Below, one piece after another: positions 61,399 through 64,000 of a stretch of DNA of 64,000 bases. Where the stretch lies: positions 10,602,001 through 10,666,000 of the forward strand of contig OZ176050.1 in NCBI GenBank assembly GCA_964247055.1, written 5' to 3'. The notes under the pieces are model-generated. The model searched no databases and was not told the DNA's origin. It saw only the letters and a list, made by a program, of their open reading frames with translations. How positions within the stretch are numbered: the stretch's first letter is position 1; every line of letters begins with the position of its first letter. The position numbers and the translations under genes are program-made. Source of the DNA: Paragordius varius. Its lineage: Eukaryota; Animalia; Nematomorpha.

Positions 61399-63184
61399 CA
61401 CTTCGATTCAAATCGCGGTATCTAAATACCCCAGACCTAATTTAAATTAAAATTTTTAAAAAACTACTGAAGGAAACGGTTCCAATTTAAATTTATGCTT
61501 CTATCCTGATAAATATTATATAAATACTAGCGTGAATCTCGTGCTGCTACGCAGCCCGAGGAAGTCCTTCGGACTTCTGGGGGGGGAGGGGGGGGTTCGA
61601 AGTTTGGATTTGAATGGGTCTACCGGTTTTCCTGTACCAGATCACAAAGCCAGCATTTTCCATTTTTATAAATATATAGATTACCATAAATAATGTATTA
61701 ATATCCATATATCTTTTAACATGCTATACATATGATAGATACTCCTTACTCAGCATCTATCATCAAAGAAACGCCTGACTAAAATTTTTGCCTTTTAACA
61801 GGCATTACGAAAAATCCTTCTCGAATTTTTACAGTCTCATACCTTGGGCAAAAAAATACAATCAAAAAAATATTTTTGTGGACTTTGTTTTTTTTGAAAA
61901 AAATGGCATTTTACGGGGGGAGCGGGTAAAAAGAGGGCCTAAATCAAAAAAGTGACTCGACTATGTTCGGTGCAATCGAAAATAAGTAAACAAAAATCAT
62001 ATTTGAAATTTAATGGTCCAACACGTTCTCCAAAAAATTGACTTAACCCATTTTTCACACGGGGTGGGCCCAAACTGGGGACCTAATTCCAAAAAAGGGC
62101 GAAGCTATTGTCGGGGCATTCATTAATGATTAAATTTTTTCGATGTTTGGATTTGAATGGGTTCACCGGTTTTCCGGAAACAGATCACAAAGTTATATGA
62201 AAAATCAGTTTTTAGCGGGTAGCTCCTTACCCAGCAGCTATCATCAAATAAACGGTGGACTAAAATTTTTGCCTTTTAACAGGGAATACCTGGAATCTTT
62301 ATTGAATTTTTACGGTCTCATACCTAGGGCGAAAAATCGATTTAAAAAATTATTTTTGTGGACTTTGTTTTTTGAAAAAGGTGGCATTTCACGGGGGGAG
62401 CGGATAAAAAGAGGGCCTATTTCAAAAAAGTGGCTCGACTATGTTCGGCGCAATCGAAAATAAGTAAACAAAAATCATATTTGAAATTGAATGGTCCAAC
62501 ACGTTCTCCGGAAAATTGTCTCAAAAACACGATTTTGTGGACTTCTGTTTTTTAAAAAAACCCGTTTTTCATACGGGGTGGGCCCGAACTGGGGGCCTAT
62601 TTCAAAAAAAGGGCGAAGCTATTGTCGGGACATTTATTAATGATTATATTTTTTTGATATTTGGATTTGATTGGGTCTACCGGTTTTCCTGTACCAGATC
62701 ACAAAGCCAGCATTTTCCATTTTTATAAATATATAGATGCCAAAATATCTTGATGAAATTTTGTTTTGAAAAAAAGGTTGCATCTCAAACTACTTCGACG
62801 CCATTTTTATTCTACCAAAATTTTGCAAAATACCGTCTTCATTTAATTTTAAGGGTAAAACTAAAGCTTATTTTATATATAAATTACATCTAACATTGAT
62901 AGAAATAGAAAAAGCGGTTTATTTTGTATTATTTTTTAATTTTACAATTTGACACATGTCACGTTGACTAAATTACCTTTCAGTTTTAGCTCAAAATAAG
63001 TAATATCAAGTATTTTTGAATAAATTTTTTTATATATTTCGGTTTATTAATGTTATATAAGTGCAAAATTTTGCCATGGTTTCGATTGCTTCCATATTTT
63101 ATAAATTATTTGATGTAAAACAGGCCTGGGGTATCCAACCACCCCAATTTGACTCGACTAAAATGAGGGTGTTGTATCCAAGTG
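61399..63184 (-). mobile_element. piggyBac-like MITE (family B) nested in hAT C and itself interrupted by a Helitron
   Basis: TTAA at 61395-61398 and 63185-63188. Removing it restores GTAGAGTTTAAGCATG, matching the uninterrupted hAT copy at about 14718-14735. Confidence 0.88.
61527..62737 (-). mobile_element. Composite Helitron: one A2 3' end with two 5' termini (61680 and 62737)
   Basis: A|CTAGCGTGAATCTCGTGCTGCTACGCAGCCCGAG at left, ...ATAAATATATAGA|T at both 61680 and 62737. The flanks ATAAATA and TGCCAAAATAT are contiguous in the MITE B copy at about 58613-58630. Confidence 0.88.
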
Positions 63185-64000
63185 TTAAGCATGTTGTGCC
63201 AAATAAATACTAAAATTTAAAAAAAGTGCTCAAGTTATAACTGTTTTTCCCTCAACTTTCACATGTGAGACAGCATATTCAAAAATGAAGTATGACAAGA
63301 ATACATACAGAAATCGCTTACTGATGATTATATGGACGACGTAATAAGATTGGCCTGTCATCAGGCAAAACCAAATTTGTCAAAAATTGGTTAACAAAAT
63401 AAATGTTGGTATCAAAATATTTTGATTTTTTACGAGTTTTTAGCTGGGTTTTCATGCGATCTCCAAATTTCATTGTGCTGATTTAGTTTATAAATATGTT
63501 AATATTTTTAAAATAGCTATAGAATATTTGTGTTTATAAGGTTCCTGGTTTTCTAATAAATTATAATTTATTTGGCCTGTCAAATTTTTTTGTTGAGTAC
63601 TACTGTTTTAAAGAAATTAAAAATCTGCGACTTTAGGAGGCCAACTAAAATTTAAAACATACATCAGCTTATTTTAATTGCATGAAGGAAATATCCATCC
63701 GAGTAAAAACCCTTGAAACTGAATTCACAACAAAATTTTAATTAACCTAAATACTAATCCAATTTAATAATATCACATAAAAAATTATGATTTACCTGTA
63801 TTATTTACTACGTTATGAAGCCTTTATAATATTATAAAGGGCATTTAAATCCTATACTATGCATTAACAATAATCATTATCATGATTATAACATTACAAA
63901 ATTCACTCGATCATCAAATCATTCTTTGGTTGATAATTTTATCTAACGTGGAATACGTGGCATTTACTAAAAAACCCAGTTTTTACCGTTTATAGGCCAT

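Larger units (their letters stand above)
59695..63605 (+). mobile_element. hAT transposon (Buster/Charlie-type, family C), defective, about 2.1 kb net of nested inserts
   Basis: Exact 8-bp TSD TTTTAAAG (59687-59694 and 63606-63613; nnnTAnnn type). TIRs CAATGATACTCGA and TTGAGTACTACTG. GCGGCCCGAGGGCCGCATGCGG subterminal motif. Transposase remnant EEYFKF..ICTDGCPLMMG (60469-60741) and HCFIHQ (60705). Confidence 0.9.

Noticed and set aside
63821-63840. 20-bp perfect palindrome CCTTTATAATATTATAAAGG
   Set aside because: It is almost all A/T in a very AT-rich context and isolated, so chance is plausible.
63900-64000. Minus-strand ATG GCC TAT AAA CG|GT at the window edge as a gene start
   Set aside because: No acceptor tried gives a continuing open frame, and it cannot be resolved without flanking sequence.

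Overview
Very AT-rich nuclear DNA from an animal-like eukaryote, not a prokaryote; the species cannot be determined from this window. All splice models were built by hand from GT-AG sites with phase checks, and protein motif comparisons are recalled from memory, not searched. Host genes: an intronless secreted His/Thr-rich orphan (4235-5203,+), RPS24 (+), a RECQL5-like helicase (-), a 7-exon CALHM-like channel (-, not visible as one ORF in the track) with a tRNA-Gly(GCC) in an intron, and a QSOX sulfhydryl oxidase (-). Several introns are only 23-25 nt, while others are swollen to kb size by transposons. Intergenic and intronic DNA is dominated by non-autonomous Helitrons (two 3' end types sharing one 5' end), a TTAA-flanked piggyBac-like MITE (6 copies), hAT remnants (one with an exact 8-bp TSD and a three-layer nest), a Ty3/Gypsy integrase fragment, mariner and RTE remnants, an unclassified foldback repeat family, and decayed mitochondrial insertions (cox1-cox2; possibly nad4). 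The most unusual observations are the CALHM homolog with an about 95-aa expansion of extracellular loop 1 and a collapsed loop 2, the block-patterned His-rich secreted protein, the micro-introns, a composite Helitron caught in a paralog-verified empty site, and a duplicated splice acceptor flanking a hairpin in QSOX.
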